NCBI GenBank assembly: GCA_977017575.1
Contig: CDRNVI010000098.1
Location: forward strand, 271 to 64,270
DNA from: Paramoeba atlantica
Lineage: Eukaryota > Protista > Discosea
Direction: 5' to 3'
Length of the DNA stretch: 64,000 nucleotides
In this document: positions 1 through 10,929 of the stretch, piece after piece
Position numbering within the stretch: the first letter of the stretch is position 1
Layout of the letters: every line of letters begins with the position of its first letter
Made by a program: the position numbers and the translations under genes
The notes under the pieces: generated by a model
Told to the model about the DNA's origin: nothing
What the model saw: only the letters and a program-made list of their open reading frames with translations
Databases searched by the model: none

Positions 1-242
1 TGCCCAAAAAGAAGCAAAAATACTATTTTTCCAAAATCGACGCCTAAACCGTATTTGGAGAGTTTGGGACCTCAGCTACCATTCTACGACGTTTTTGTCG
101 TCAGATTCGCCTCCTACCCCTATTCGTAAGGCATCAAAACCAGCCCAAAATTGGGTAAAAAGTTCGCAAGTTTTGCCGAAAAATCGAGCATTTTCCCCCA
201 AAAAAGTAGATTATTCATGATAATCTGGAGATTTTCCTTTTT

Positions 243-341
243 TAGGCTCTTCGTTAAACGAGGTGGTAGTTTTCAACGCGAAGCGCACAGCATGAGTGAC
301 TTCTAAGTTGAAAACAACCACCGCGTTTAACGAAGAACCTA
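243..341. mobile_element. 99-bp hairpin MITE, copy 1
   Basis: TA-GGCTCTTCGTTAAACG..GTAGTTTTCAAC ... GTTGAAAACAAC..CGTTTAACGAAGAACC-TA: ~34-bp imperfect terminal inverted repeats with TA at both ends. A second copy lies at 40740-40838 in different flanks. Confidence 0.8.
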
Positions 342-349
342 TTGTAATA

Positions 350-536
350 CTAATGGGAGGGGGGGGCTAAGTTTCATTTTATGATTTTTTTTGGAAAAAA
401 GTATTTTACCTATTTTTAGAAAGTGACAGATAACTAGGTGGGGTAGTCGACGAAAAAAAAGAATCGAAGTCCCAAAAAGTGACAGATAACTAGGGGGGGG
501 GGGTGACGTGTGACAGATAAATAAGGGGGTACAGTA
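350..536. mobile_element. MITE remnant (family C, right end)
   Basis: Three GTGACAGATAA(C/A)TAGGGG-type subterminal repeats ending in GGGGGTACAG-TA. The matching left end TA-CTGTACCCCCCCTAGTTATCTGTCA is at 4262. Confidence 0.6.
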
Positions 537-763
537 ATTATGTTCACATGGAGATCCCTGTTGAAGATACCGAAGTCGATCGAACAATGCAATGTCTCAA
601 TAGTACTTTCTTTCTTCCTCTGTTAAAGGATGCTTCTCGTGCTTCCGATATCGATATCTGTAACGTCTATCGTGCTGATCTTCATCTCTCTTGGTGACGA
701 ATTTTCTAAGGCATACGATCGGTCTGACCTAAACACTGAATACATACATACGTACATAAAATT

Positions 764-1558
764 ATGGCCGAAGCACCATGTACGCTGATTGACGCTATAT
801 TACACTTTGTATCTATGGCAACGGAAGTCGATTATACTTCCGACAGTCTTCTTGAACTACTCGGTCAACATGTCTCCCAGTTTTCTCAGGCGTACAAATT
901 TATGCTTGACGTGAGCATTCTTCCAGACATTTTGCACATTTCCACGTTTCTAGAAATTACCGACATTACAATGTCGTTTCACTATCGAAATTTTATACTT
1001 TTCGCACTTCGAGTAATGGCTTCAGTATTCGGTGTTCCTACTGTTGTGTACAGGCCGCACGTCAAACTCATTGACATCATTCCCCCTTTTCTAGTTGTCG
1101 ATACTTTTCCCGTTACAGAACTCCATCTTTTCACGTTTATTGCGAACGGCGTCAGCAACTTGATACCAGCTACTTTTCGGAGTGAAATAAAGCTCCTTGC
1201 TCCTCAGCCCTTAAGCTCAATTCAGAATACAACGCCCGCAGAAAAATTCTTGGTCACTAGTGATGCACCCGAGCCCCAAAGGTTTGGAATAGAAGAAGGC
1301 CGAGCTCTGGCCACTACGTACAAATGTGCCGCAGATTTATATCCGCGTAGAGCCCGTAGAGCGCATCACGTTTTAGCACCCTCGTGCACAGAGAAGATTA
1401 ACCCGTCGGGGTCAGCTAGAAATAATTGGCCCAATGATGAGTATGAGGCATTTTTATCGAAGGTGCATCGTTGTCTAGAAACAGTGACGAAGAAAACGTC
1501 TGATAGGATCGTAACAGAGTGTGTTACATTTCGCGCCGCACAGATGGAAACGTTATGA
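764..1558 (+). CDS. hypothetical protein (264 aa), against the cluster direction
   Basis: Long ATG-started ORF with no recognisable motif, on the opposite strand to the host genes. May belong to a mobile element. Confidence 0.35.
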   Translation: MAEAPCTLIDAILHFVSMATEVDYTSDSLLELLGQHVSQFSQAYKFMLDVSILPDILHISTFLEITDITMSFHYRNFILFALRVMASVFGVPTVVYRPHVKLIDIIPPFLVVDTFPVTELHLFTFIANGVSNLIPATFRSEIKLLAPQPLSSIQNTTPAEKFLVTSDAPEPQRFGIEEGRALATTYKCAADLYPRRARRAHHVLAPSCTEKINPSGSARNNWPNDEYEAFLSKVHRCLETVTKKTSDRIVTECVTFRAAQMETL

Positions 1559-2406
1559 AAAGATATCCGAACTGCCAATCCCACTTTCACTTCGCGCACA
1601 GCTGCCTGTGGGGAATGGGGAAGTTTTCAAAATACACGCAAACTAGCTCTTGCCCTCGAAGAAGTCAAAAAAATGACATCGCAATTTAGATCCTAATGAA
1701 GCCCCTTCATATAAAGACCTAATGAGTTCCGCTGAGCGCGCTGGTGAGCAGAAGAAGCTCGAGCGCCTGCAATGATAAAAAGGTTATTTTTTTAGGTCTG
1801 ATACCGTATTTGTCTGCTTTAGATTTTATTCGTATATTGGGTTTATTATTTATACAGATATTATCTTCTGTGAATACGAGCTTAAAGGAGTTTAGTTTAC
1901 CTCTCGGGTTTTTTTACGCTGATTCCTTCGCCAAACATACGACAAAATTCGAGATCTATCGAATGCCGAAGGAATTAGGTAAAACGATCCCAAAAGTTAA
2001 GGGGGGAAAGTTATCTTTTAAGGGGTGTATCATCCGCAACTCCTCACATGAATTCTCTTTCATAATTCATTACTATCGTGCATGCAAAATTCTTTTATGC
2101 GACGCCTCTCAATCAAGAAAGCACAAACGAATACTCGTGTTCGCGACGATCTTTCGTACTGCATGACTCTTTTGTAGAACAGACGGAAGTTTCTTCAATT
2201 CTAACGTACCTTCCAGAAGATTATTATTCGCCAAAAAAAGGTCGTTAAGAGTTGCAGGAAGACATGATAAGTCCACGAGTCCTTGAAACTCATTCGCGTT
2301 CATATAAACTTTATATGAGCCAAACCAAACTTCTTTATAAGCCGCATAAAGTGCTCGGGAGTGATTGCAAATCGATTTTTCCTGTTAAATAATTCTCACT
2401 GATGTC

Positions 2407-2874
2407 TGTTTTATCATGCACTTATAGTGCAGAGATTTACTCACCATGTCCTTATCCCGCATACGACGGGTGGATCATGTGAGGTTTCGTCCTCGCCGGA
2501 GGTGTGCGGGTGCGGAGAGCTGGCGTCCCAGGTGCAGAGAGCTCGGTTGTCATGTGCAGGTGCAGAGAGCCGGATGCGTAATCCCCATATTACAGTTTCG
2601 GGGGCAATCCGGGTGCAGAGAGCTGCGACAGAGCCGAGGTGCGGAGAGCTGGGCGACCGCCAGGTGCAGAGAGCCGAGTCTCGTCGGCGGAGGACACGTC
2701 TAGTGGTCCTCAAGGGAGGCCACCGTGACGCATGGCCCTCTCGGAGAGGAAAAAGACAAGTCGAAAAAAGCCGAGAGGGGGAAGCACACTCACCCCAGGG
2801 GAGTGAGTCGGGGAGGGGTGAAGGGGTGAAAGCGCGTCCCCTGCTTCAGCGACAAGAGGGACAGTTCCGACCTT
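2407..2874 (-). mobile_element. 5'-truncated SINE-like retroposon (unit A type)
   Basis: ~99% identical by eye to 33037-33505, with the same terminus (TGTTTTATCATGCAC on +) and a different, shorter opposite end. Inserted inside an LRR gene. Confidence 0.85.
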
Positions 2875-2877
2875 TTT

Positions 2878-2934
2878 AATTCAAATACAGATAATTCAAT
2901 ACAGATAATTTCAAATACAGATAATTCAAATACA
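2878..2934. repeat. ~4 reiterated copies of a ~15-nt target sequence (AATTCAAATACAGAT) at the 5' junction of the insertion
   Basis: Direct reading: aattcaaatacagat/aattcaatacagat/aatttcaaatacagat/aattcaaataca. Confidence 0.85.
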
Positions 2935-3742
2935 TACTAGGTAACTTCGTAAGGCATATTTTGCCGGAAAATTCGTTGCTATCCATCCATGCGCCATACA
3001 AATTCACAGGCAGAGCTGTGAGGTCTGGATTTCCTCTAAATGCATTCCCACTAATGAGCAAATGAGTGAGATCCATGAGAGGAGATAAATCGCTCAGAAA
3101 TATTTCCCCTGAGAACAAATTGTTGTGAATTTCCAAGCGAGTGATCGAGATTGGGATGTATGCAAAGTTGAAGGCCCTCCAAATATCGACAGAACCATTT
3201 TTTTTTGTAATTATCTGCTCTGAATTGCACTCTATGCCATTCCATTTACAAGGCGCGATATCGGAACTCCAACTCTCATGTTGCGGATGTACGTCAACAA
3301 TGAGGCGCTCAATATCCATTTCCTGTGGTAAACGTACGCCACGAATTTTGGCGTTGTTTTAGGGAATGGATTCGGGCAATCCATTTTCTCGTTGCGTAAA
3401 AAATATTGCAAAAAAGAAATCAAATCCTAATAATTGATCTAGCTTCAATGTATTATTCGTAATTTTGTTCGACTACCAATAGAGGAAAGTTTTGCTTTTC
3501 ACAGAATGTGTGTACATCGCCCCTCTTGTTCAACCTAGAGAGAAGCTCCTTATAGAGGGCATATCTTGAAGCTCATTATTATCATACTGTCCTCCCCCAC
3601 TTAAGCGCAACCAGGTTTTGGCCTAAAATTGCGCATAAGTAGCCGGGTCAAAAAAAAAGGGGTGAAAAAAAAAATTCGCGTCGCTTCGCGGCGCGTGTTT
3701 CAATCATGAGTTACGCGGGGTGCCCTCGGGGCTGCTTTTGTA

Positions 3743-4263
3743 TACTATCCCCCCTATCCTAGCGTGGCTGGGTTGGGATGAAATGCAACGCTAGGAGGGG
3801 GGGCAAAAACTGGGGACGAAGAATTGCTAAGCCGAAGATGTTGTGGGATTACTGAGGAACATTTTCAAAAAAATCGCTGTTCACGGTACATTTTTACCAT
3901 AGCTTCGCGGCAAGAGACAGTCTAAAAAGCAACACTGGCCCCCTGGGTGCCATGGGGGGGGCTGCTTTTAATATACTATCTCCCCTATCCTAGCGTGGCT
4001 TTGTCGGGATGAAATGCAACGCTAGGAGGGGGGGCAAAAACTGGGGCCGAAGAATTGCTAAGTCGAAGATGTTGTGGGATTACTGAGGAACAGTTTCAAA
4101 AAAATCGCTGTTCAGGGTAGGTTTTTACCATAGCTTCACGGCAAGAGACACAAAAAGCAACACTAAAGCAACAGACACAAAAGCAACAGACACAAAAGCA
4201 ACTGGCACAAAAGCAACACTAATGGGGGGCTACCGAGGCAACGCTAGGATAGGGGGGATAGTA
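3743..4263. mobile_element. nested TIR element (family B) with an internal ~230-bp tandem duplication
   Basis: TACTATCCCCCCTATCCTAGCGT ... ACGCTAGGATAGGGGGGATAGTA. The left end is duplicated at ~3974, and 15-nt CACAAAAGCAAC(A)G repeats lie at ~4150-4220. Confidence 0.7.
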
Positions 4264-4360
4264 CTGTACCCCCCCTAGTTATCTGTCAAAACTTTTCGTG
4301 GAAAGGTGACAGATAACTAGGGGGGGGTAAGTTTCGTTTTAAGATTTTTTTTGGAAAGCA
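4262..4360. mobile_element. family C left end sharing a TA with family B
   Basis: TACTGTACCCCCCCTAGTTATCTGTCA followed by TGACAGATAACTAGGGGGGGG and TAAGTTTCGTTTTAAGATTTTTTTTGGAAA, matching 350-400 and 420-536. Confidence 0.6.
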
Positions 4361-4723
4361 ATAGCTAAGACAAAAGCGTACAGTACGTGGCAGGAGCGTT
4401 CCTCTGATGTACAGTACAGTATAGTATGCAAAGACTCGCCGTACAGATCGGTGGAGGTCAGTGTGGATCAGAGGAGATCGCTGGAGATCGATGAAGATCA
4501 TTTTTGAACGTCCAAAGGGACTACCTGCAGACTTTCCATTTCAATAGCGGCGAAAATTGGTACAAAAATTCGTACCACGAAAAAAAAACGCGCCGCTTTG
4601 CGGCGCTGTTCTTCTGAACGATGCGTCAATATTGCGCTTAAGTGGCCGGGTCAAACGGTTGCGCATAAGTAGGGGGGGACAGTAAGTATCCAAGATAACT
4701 TATCCCTCCATTAGAGGAACAAC

Positions 4724-5371
4724 TTACTTCTTCGTATTTTGCTCTATTAAGGAATTACCACTGAGATTAATTTTATTCAAGTGGATCGGAAGCATCGACA
4801 AATCAACGAGACCGCACAGTTTATTATTATGTAAGTACAATATACGCAGTTGGGTCGGGAGTGACCGCAAGTCAAGACTTCCTGCTAATAAATTGTCACT
4901 GAGATCAAGATACCACAGGGTAGGGGGCAACTGTGTGAGGCATATCTCTCCTGAAAGTTTGTTTCCTTCCATCCACAACGAAACCATTCTCTTAGGCAAA
5001 GCCGTAAAATCCGGATTTCCGGTAAATTCATTTTTACCCATAATTAAATCATTAAGGTGAGTAATGGAAGATAACTCACAAAGCTTTACCTCCCCTTTTA
5101 TCGTATTTTCCTCAATATCAAAGCCTTTAACCGTTTCAGGAACAAACACAAAATTTAATGACCCCATCAGCTTCATACGGCTCCATCGTATTTCTGAAAC
5201 GTTTTCATCCGGGTTGCACATGATGCCTTGTCATTTACATGCGGGTGTCTGTGAACTCCAAGTGCGCTCTCGTGTGATTATATCACGAGTGAGACGCTCC
5301 AGATCCATTTCTTGCGGTACTTTTAGACCACGTACCTTTGCAAGACGCATCTTACGTGCCGGATACTCCAT
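4724..5371 (-). pseudogene. small LRR family gene with an in-frame TGA
   Basis: MEYPARKMRLAKVRGLKVPQEMDLERL..TPACK*QGIMC: TGA at 5231-5233 replaces the conserved cap Trp, and the frame continues into five LRRs. Confidence 0.85.
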
Positions 5372-5804
5372 TGTGTGGCAGAAACAATCTATGGAATGTA
5401 AAAAGAGTAAGAAAATCAAATAAAAAAACGAAAGCTCACACCACATGTGTTTTTGTTGAATGTATTACAAACGGTGTGCTTCCAACGACAAACGGACAAA
5501 GTAGTTTACTGGTGAATAGAAGAGCGCGACAAGGGAATGCCGCTTTCAAAGATGGTGCAATTGTAAATTTGCACATTTCCTCCACAAGTTTACACATTTA
5601 ACGGAGAGAGAATAAACCGAGTTTCGGTTTTAAAAGTTTAAAAAAGTTATATTTAACGGAGTATGTATAATTTGTACTCCATTAAATACAGTTTGAAATA
5701 TAGTTTGAAAAGCCCCACAATCATGCTAGCCTCGACGGTGCCATTAAAAATGGCTTATCAGATTCTAAAACGTCCCCAAGCAAAACGTGAAGTGTGCACC
5801 ACAA

Positions 5805-6119
5805 TTGATTCAGTCCCACATAGACTTCAAAAAGTGTTGCAAAACAATAGGCGCCATTTCGGATGCTAGTTCTTTGCCTTCAGAGTTAACCTTTGACGAA
5901 TTCCTTTTTTTGGTCCATTTTATATAGGTAAAAAAATTGCTGTTTTTTGATTTTGGTCAACTTTCGGGCCGCCCAGGGGGCACGAGGGGGTCTATATGAA
6001 AAAGAGGCGACAAAGCTCTTCGCTAGGGGAATGAGATCTCTCCAACGCTGCAAAAATGAGAAAAAAACGGAGAAAAAAAAATCCGCGGAGGGGGAGCAAG
6101 ATCAACGGAAACCACTGTA
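5805..6119. repeat. dispersed repeat family ending AAGATCAAC(G/T)GAAACCACTG-TA
   Basis: Diverged similarity to 15225-15716. The GGGGTC(T/C)(C)TATGAAAAA..GCG(A/G)CAA motif also occurs near 23540-23580. The CACTG-TA end is Tc1/pogo-MITE-like. Confidence 0.6.
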
Positions 6120-6421
6120 TAATACTGTACCCCCTGTGTAGGCGAATCTCACTCTGATTCGTCTTCTTTTCGTAAATGTAAGTTTCGCTTCTTTTCTCGG
6201 AAGTCGTTCACTCGGTCCGTTCATGGTTGAAACGGGCAGTGAAGGACGAAATGCACGAACTACGCTTACAAGCTTAAAAACGTTTTACAAAACTTCTTTC
6301 ACAAAAAGACAGCCATTACATATTAAGCTCTCACTTCCATAGGCCTCCCTATGAGATGTTTGAAATCTTTTCAAATGCGGAGAACATTCTTTCCTTTAGC
6401 GTACAACGTTCATCATACACG

Positions 6422-7048
6422 TTACATCAGTCTGCAATATTTCGATTCCACGATGCCCGTGTTATGATAAAAAAAGCCTTTCCCTAATCCAACTGGAAGG
6501 GCTTCACGATGAAAGCGTCCGACAAGCTTATGATTTCCTAAAATAGAAAAATAAGAAAGTTCACTAGGGAGTGAAGAGAGGCACACATTCCCCTCGAATT
6601 GGTTACAACTTAAATCGAGGCGAACTATCGTACTTGGTAATTTGCCGAGACTTAACTTACCCGTGAGCTGATTGTAATCTACCAGAAAAACAATTAACGT
6701 TGGTGGCAGATCTTGCAATGGGAGAAAACCCGTCAACGCATTTTCGGACAAGTAAATAGTCTCCAGAGTCTGCGGTAGGTGAACCCATTTGGGCGGACCT
6801 CGTAGGCTCAAACCTTTCCATGACAGTGAAGTCACTTCTCCATCGGTGTTACAATCCACTCCTCCCCATAAACATGCCGATTTTTCGATACTCCATGATC
6901 CCAGGGCGTTCTGAACTTCCTGCAGGAAACGGGTTAGAAGGCATTCTGGTGGCAGCCCTGCGGCACGTACTCTTCCCAAACGACAACCAGAGTGAGGAGT
7001 GTCAGCTGTCAAAATGAAAATTGAATCGTTCATAAGAAACATTACCAT
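6422..7048 (-). CDS. small plant-type LRR protein
   Basis: ACLWGGVDC cap plus LETIYLSENALTG, LVDYNQLTG and LDLSCNQFEG repeats. Intact ORF. Confidence 0.85.
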   Translation of the reverse strand: MVMFLMNDSIFILTADTPHSGCRLGRVRAAGLPPECLLTRFLQEVQNALGSWSIEKSACLWGGVDCNTDGEVTSLSWKGLSLRGPPKWVHLPQTLETIYLSENALTGFLPLQDLPPTLIVFLVDYNQLTGKLSLGKLPSTIVRLDLSCNQFEGNVCLSSLPSELSYFSILGNHKLVGRFHREALPVGLGKGFFYHNTGIVESKYCRLM

Positions 7049-7200
7049 TTTCTGATTCAGAAAATAAAGAGTTCAGCTTTCTGGAAGAGTCCTTTCTGAA
7101 GAGATATTTCATTGTATTACATGTACTGATACTACACGTAGGGACTGCATGTAAGGGGCTGCGGAAATAGTACAACAAAGTAAAACTATTCACAAGTAAG

Positions 7201-8515
7201 TATAAACCCCTGGCCAAAATAAGGCACCCCCCTCTAAAAATTCGATGCTTTGTTTGTTTGAGCTAATTTCAATGGCATTTTGCAGATCTCAATTCGGGAT
7301 TTATGTCCTCCCACACTTGGTCACTAGTCCTATAGCTATATATAAAGTGGAAACTATTTACCACTTTTTTACCTTTTCGCCACCTAGTTCGACGCAGGCC
7401 TTCAGTCTACGATCGAAACTTAAGATGGTATCATTTATCATCTCAGTCGGTAAAGAACTCCATGTGTTTAGAATACACCTTTGCAGTTCGGAAACTGTAG
7501 ATGGTGGCTTTTCATTTACGTCTTGTACCATTGACCATATGTTTTCAATGGGAGAAAGATCGGGAGAATTTGGGGGCCAATTTTTTAGTAGATTAATTTT
7601 TCGTTTGTTCAGGTAATTTATGGTGGCCTTGGCCGTATGAGCGGTGGCACCATCTTGTTGAAATATTCTTTTGTATGTATGTTTCGTGGGTAATAGAGGT
7701 CCTGCTGGATAAAATTTTTAAGCATCTCCAGTTAATTCCTATAACACCCCACACCTGACACTTAGGCGCCCAGCGCACCTTTAGTCTCTTTGCAGGGGTC
7801 TCTCCTTTTTTTACCCACATTTTCATTCGATTATCGTTTGTATCAAATACCTTCTCATCTGAGAATATCAATTTCGATGTGTCCTCTTTGTAATTTAAAG
7901 AAAACTGTACGCGTTTTTCTTTTTGTACAGCGGTGAGCCCTTGTGAAATTGGGCGTGGCCTATATTGATGCCCTGCTTGCCTCAAATCTCGACGAACAGT
8001 TCGAGGGCTTGCAGTAACACCCTTTCTGCACAAAACAATAGAAATACGCTTTGAACTGTTGTACTTTGGCACCCCTGCCGCATCTTTCTTAGAAATAATG
8101 GTTTCAATCCCTTTTTTACGAGACTTTATTTTTTTTTCTGTGGGGATTTCTTTAGGCTTTTTTTCGTCTCAATTTTGGGGTGATCACGGAGGCATTTTCG
8201 AATGTATTTCACGCTTACATTCAATTCACGTGCTATTCGTTTCTTTGGGATGCCATCTTGAAACCTTAAAAGCATGAGTTCCTTCCCCAGGGGGCTGAGG
8301 CCACCTTTCGGAGGCCTGCGGAATGATTTTTTCATAAATCGACCCCAATGTTAAAGTGGTAAAATATTTTTTTATTTTTTTATTTTTCATGAGCTAAAAA
8401 CAGCGGGAACGTACAGATCTCAAAATTTTGAACGAAAACATGGTATGATAACCCTACCATACCCCCTCATGCAAAAAATAAGGGGGGGTGCCTTATTGGT
8501 GGCCAGGGGTTTATA
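7201..8515 (-). mobile_element. decayed Tc1/IS630-superfamily DNA transposon (DD35E)
   Basis: ~33-bp TIRs (TATAAACCCCTGGCCA..ATAAGGCACCCCCC). HTH fragment 8126-8335, IFSDEK in 7593-8072, then FQQDGATAH and WPPNSPDLSPIENIW in another frame with 35 residues between D and E. Frameshifted. Confidence 0.9.
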
Positions 8516-8542
8516 ATAAGTAAAAATATATATTTAATAACC

Positions 8543-8855
8543 TACTGTGACCCCCCCTTTACACTTCTCCCATTTTGAGCAATAACGAAGTATAAAGGGG
8601 GGTCTGAATTTTTTCCCCGCTGTGAAAAAAGGCCGCGCCGCTTCCCGGCGCGGCTCATCCAGTTTTCCTGTCTTTCCTTCTATATCACCTTCCATTTCTA
8701 GGAAGATTTAGAACGTTCTTGTTTTTTTCCAATTTTTAAAAAAAAAAATTTAAAAAATTTAAAAAACAGTCGTTCCCCCTTCGGGAGGGCACACGAAAAA
8801 AGAAGCATAGGGGGGGTCTGACCAGTGAAGTATAAAGCGGGGGGGGGTCATAGTA
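8543..8855. mobile_element. ~310-bp MITE (family D)
   Basis: TACTGTGACCCCCCCTTTACACTTC ... GAAGTATAAAGCGGGGGGGGGTCATAGTA, TA ends. Confidence 0.7.
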
Positions 8856-8910
8856 AATTAATATTTAATAATTTAATAAGTAAAAATACATAAGTAAATA
8901 ATAAGTAAAT

Positions 8911-9639
8911 CTATTCATATATCACAATTTTCGTCTCCAAGAAGGATTGTGCAATTTGGAACTTTCCTCCAAGTTTAGGAGGCATTTTATCCAATATTAC
9001 TCTACCTTCTAGGAGTTTGTTATCTCCCAACTTGAGTGTAGAAAGATTTTCCGGGAGGTACGACAAGTCCACGCTTCCAACAAAATTATTTCCCTTCAGA
9101 TACAAGCTTACTAGAGTAGCGGGAAGAGACCGCAGGTCAATTGTCCCCGTCAAAAAATTGCTGCTGACGTCAAGGTATTTTAGACCAGGAGGCAATTGAG
9201 TAAGACACACGTCCCCTGATAATCTGTTACTTTCCATCCATGCTGAAGTCATACGTCCGGGGAAAACAGTAAGATCTGGATTTCCTGTAAAAAGATTCCC
9301 ACCGAGAAACAAACCAGCAAGATTTGAAAGCGGGGAGAGGTCACAAAGGTCGGTTCGTTCTCCAGACAGCGAGTTTTCTTCAATGTCAAACTCCGTAACG
9401 GAGCTCGGAATATGCACGAGCTTCAAGGACCCACTCAGCTCTTCATGGTCCCATACTATTTCTGTGACCAGCATATCAGCGCTGCATGCTATACCTTTCC
9501 ATTCACAAGCAGGTGTCAGTGAACTCCAACTTTGGTGTTGCGGGTATATTCCACTAATGAGTCGTTCCATCCCCATCTCTTGCGGTAGATTTGAGCCAGA
9601 GACCTTGGCCGCACGCGACTTGTGTCTCACGGAATCCAT
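8911..9639 (-). CDS. small plant-type LRR protein (242 aa)
   Basis: RAAKVSGSNLPQEMGMERL..TPACEWKGIAC cap and six LxxLxLxxNxLxG repeats. Intact. Confidence 0.9.
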   Translation of the reverse strand: MDSVRHKSRAAKVSGSNLPQEMGMERLISGIYPQHQSWSSLTPACEWKGIACSADMLVTEIVWDHEELSGSLKLVHIPSSVTEFDIEENSLSGERTDLCDLSPLSNLAGLFLGGNLFTGNPDLTVFPGRMTSAWMESNRLSGDVCLTQLPPGLKYLDVSSNFLTGTIDLRSLPATLVSLYLKGNNFVGSVDLSYLPENLSTLKLGDNKLLEGRVILDKMPPKLGGKFQIAQSFLETKIVIYE

Positions 9640-10149
9640 TGTAAAGTTCTACGAAATGGAGAAGAACAATTGTGAGAAAAAAAACTTCCTATTGTAGGTC
9701 CGGGGTCTCCTTTAACCCTGCTAAACCGGCCCAAATCCCGGGGGCTATGTAAACAAATACATAGAAAGGTGATTGAAGGATTTGTAACTTTATAAAAAGT
9801 GTAGGATGGAAAATTGTTTAGGGGTCCGAAAAACTTCAAAAACTATAGATATAGGACTTTATAGTACTATAATCTTTTTTTTGCTATATATTGACAAACT
9901 ATATTAAATACAGAAAAATATTATTTTTCACCGGAAGTTTGCGATTATCGAAGAGTGACAGAACATCTTTAATTAATTTTCTCTTGTTCAGTAAAATGTA
10001 AACCTTAGTGGTGTATTGCCTCAAATCTAATCTTTTTGTGTCTATAGAGCTTCAAATCTTATTTTTCAGACCAAGTAGCCCAATATGGGAAACAACAAAT
10101 TCAATGATGAGTCCCGAGATGCTTTCGTATCATCACATTTCGCACCTGT

Positions 10150-10929
10150 TGCTGGGCAGGGAAAAAAATTGAGTGCCAAGTTTGCTCCGAAGGGTCGCGA
10201 AAAGCTTTCTTATGTGAGAAGGGTATACGGTCGTCGTATACCGATCCTCTCTCGCATTTAACAAATTCCCACAAGGTTGCTTTTGATGAGTGGAAAAGCG
10301 AAACGAGAAATAAAAAGAGGCTCTCCGAACAAACTTTGAAAGGTTTTACTACGGGTCCAAACTTACAAAGTATGAAACGACTGATAAGATGGAAATGCAA
10401 GCATGGTGTTTCTAATGCGAGCCTACAAGATGAAGATTTTAATTGGATGGTGACGAAAGGACTTGTTTCAGTTCCTAGTGAGCCTACCATGAATAATCTC
10501 ATTTTACAATATGCTCAAGAATGTCGTACAGAGTTTTGCAGGTCAAACATAGGTTGCAAGCATTGCAATTGATGGGGAGACGTTTTGTAAGCTTCTTGTT
10601 CAGTTTGTATTGTGAGCGCGGAAACGTCGTTTCCGTGGAGCATAAAAGAGCTGCCTCCCGTCCGAGATGCCGACGCGTACAAAGAGTTAATAGTCACAAT
10701 CATCTCAGAACTACAGGAGCAACGCGTATGCATCACCCATGTAGTTTCTGGTGGTGACTACACAATTCGGAAAGCGCTCCGATTGGCATGCAAGGAAACA
10801 GCAACAGTTGAAACTGTGTGTGTTGCACACGCACTCCAACTTTCAATGAATCCAATTTTCTTCTTGGAGAAAACTTCCGATGTAACAGCTCTGGCGGAGG
10901 ATTGTTCGGTCTGGCGAACACCCGTTTGA
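10150..10929 (+). pseudogene. hAT-like transposase remnant
   Basis: BED-finger-like IECQVC..SYTDPLSHLTNSH in frame with ORF 10336, then SIAIDGET, VVSGGDYTIRKALR and CVAHALQL (hAT CxxH motif). Frameshifted, no TIRs found. Confidence 0.65.

Larger units (their letters stand above)
2109..3384 (-). pseudogene. small LRR family gene disrupted by a SINE-like insertion
   Basis: AKIRGVRLPQEMDIERL..W..APCKWNGIEC cap and LxxLxIxxNxFxG repeats. The frame resumes as DISENYLTGKIDLQSLP below 2406. Frameshifts or stops are present. Confidence 0.85.
3585..4684. mobile_element. 1.1-kb non-autonomous TIR element (family A) with nested insertions
   Basis: Left TACTGTCCTCCCCCACTTAAGCGCAACC, right GGTTGCGCATAAGTAGGGGGGGACAGTA. 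TA at both ends and no coding capacity. Confidence 0.75.

Noticed and set aside
2427-2879. ORFs within the SINE-like element (also 33036-33520)
   Set aside because: They start or end in flanking DNA, differ between copies through a 1-nt indel and have no motifs, so the element is treated as non-coding.
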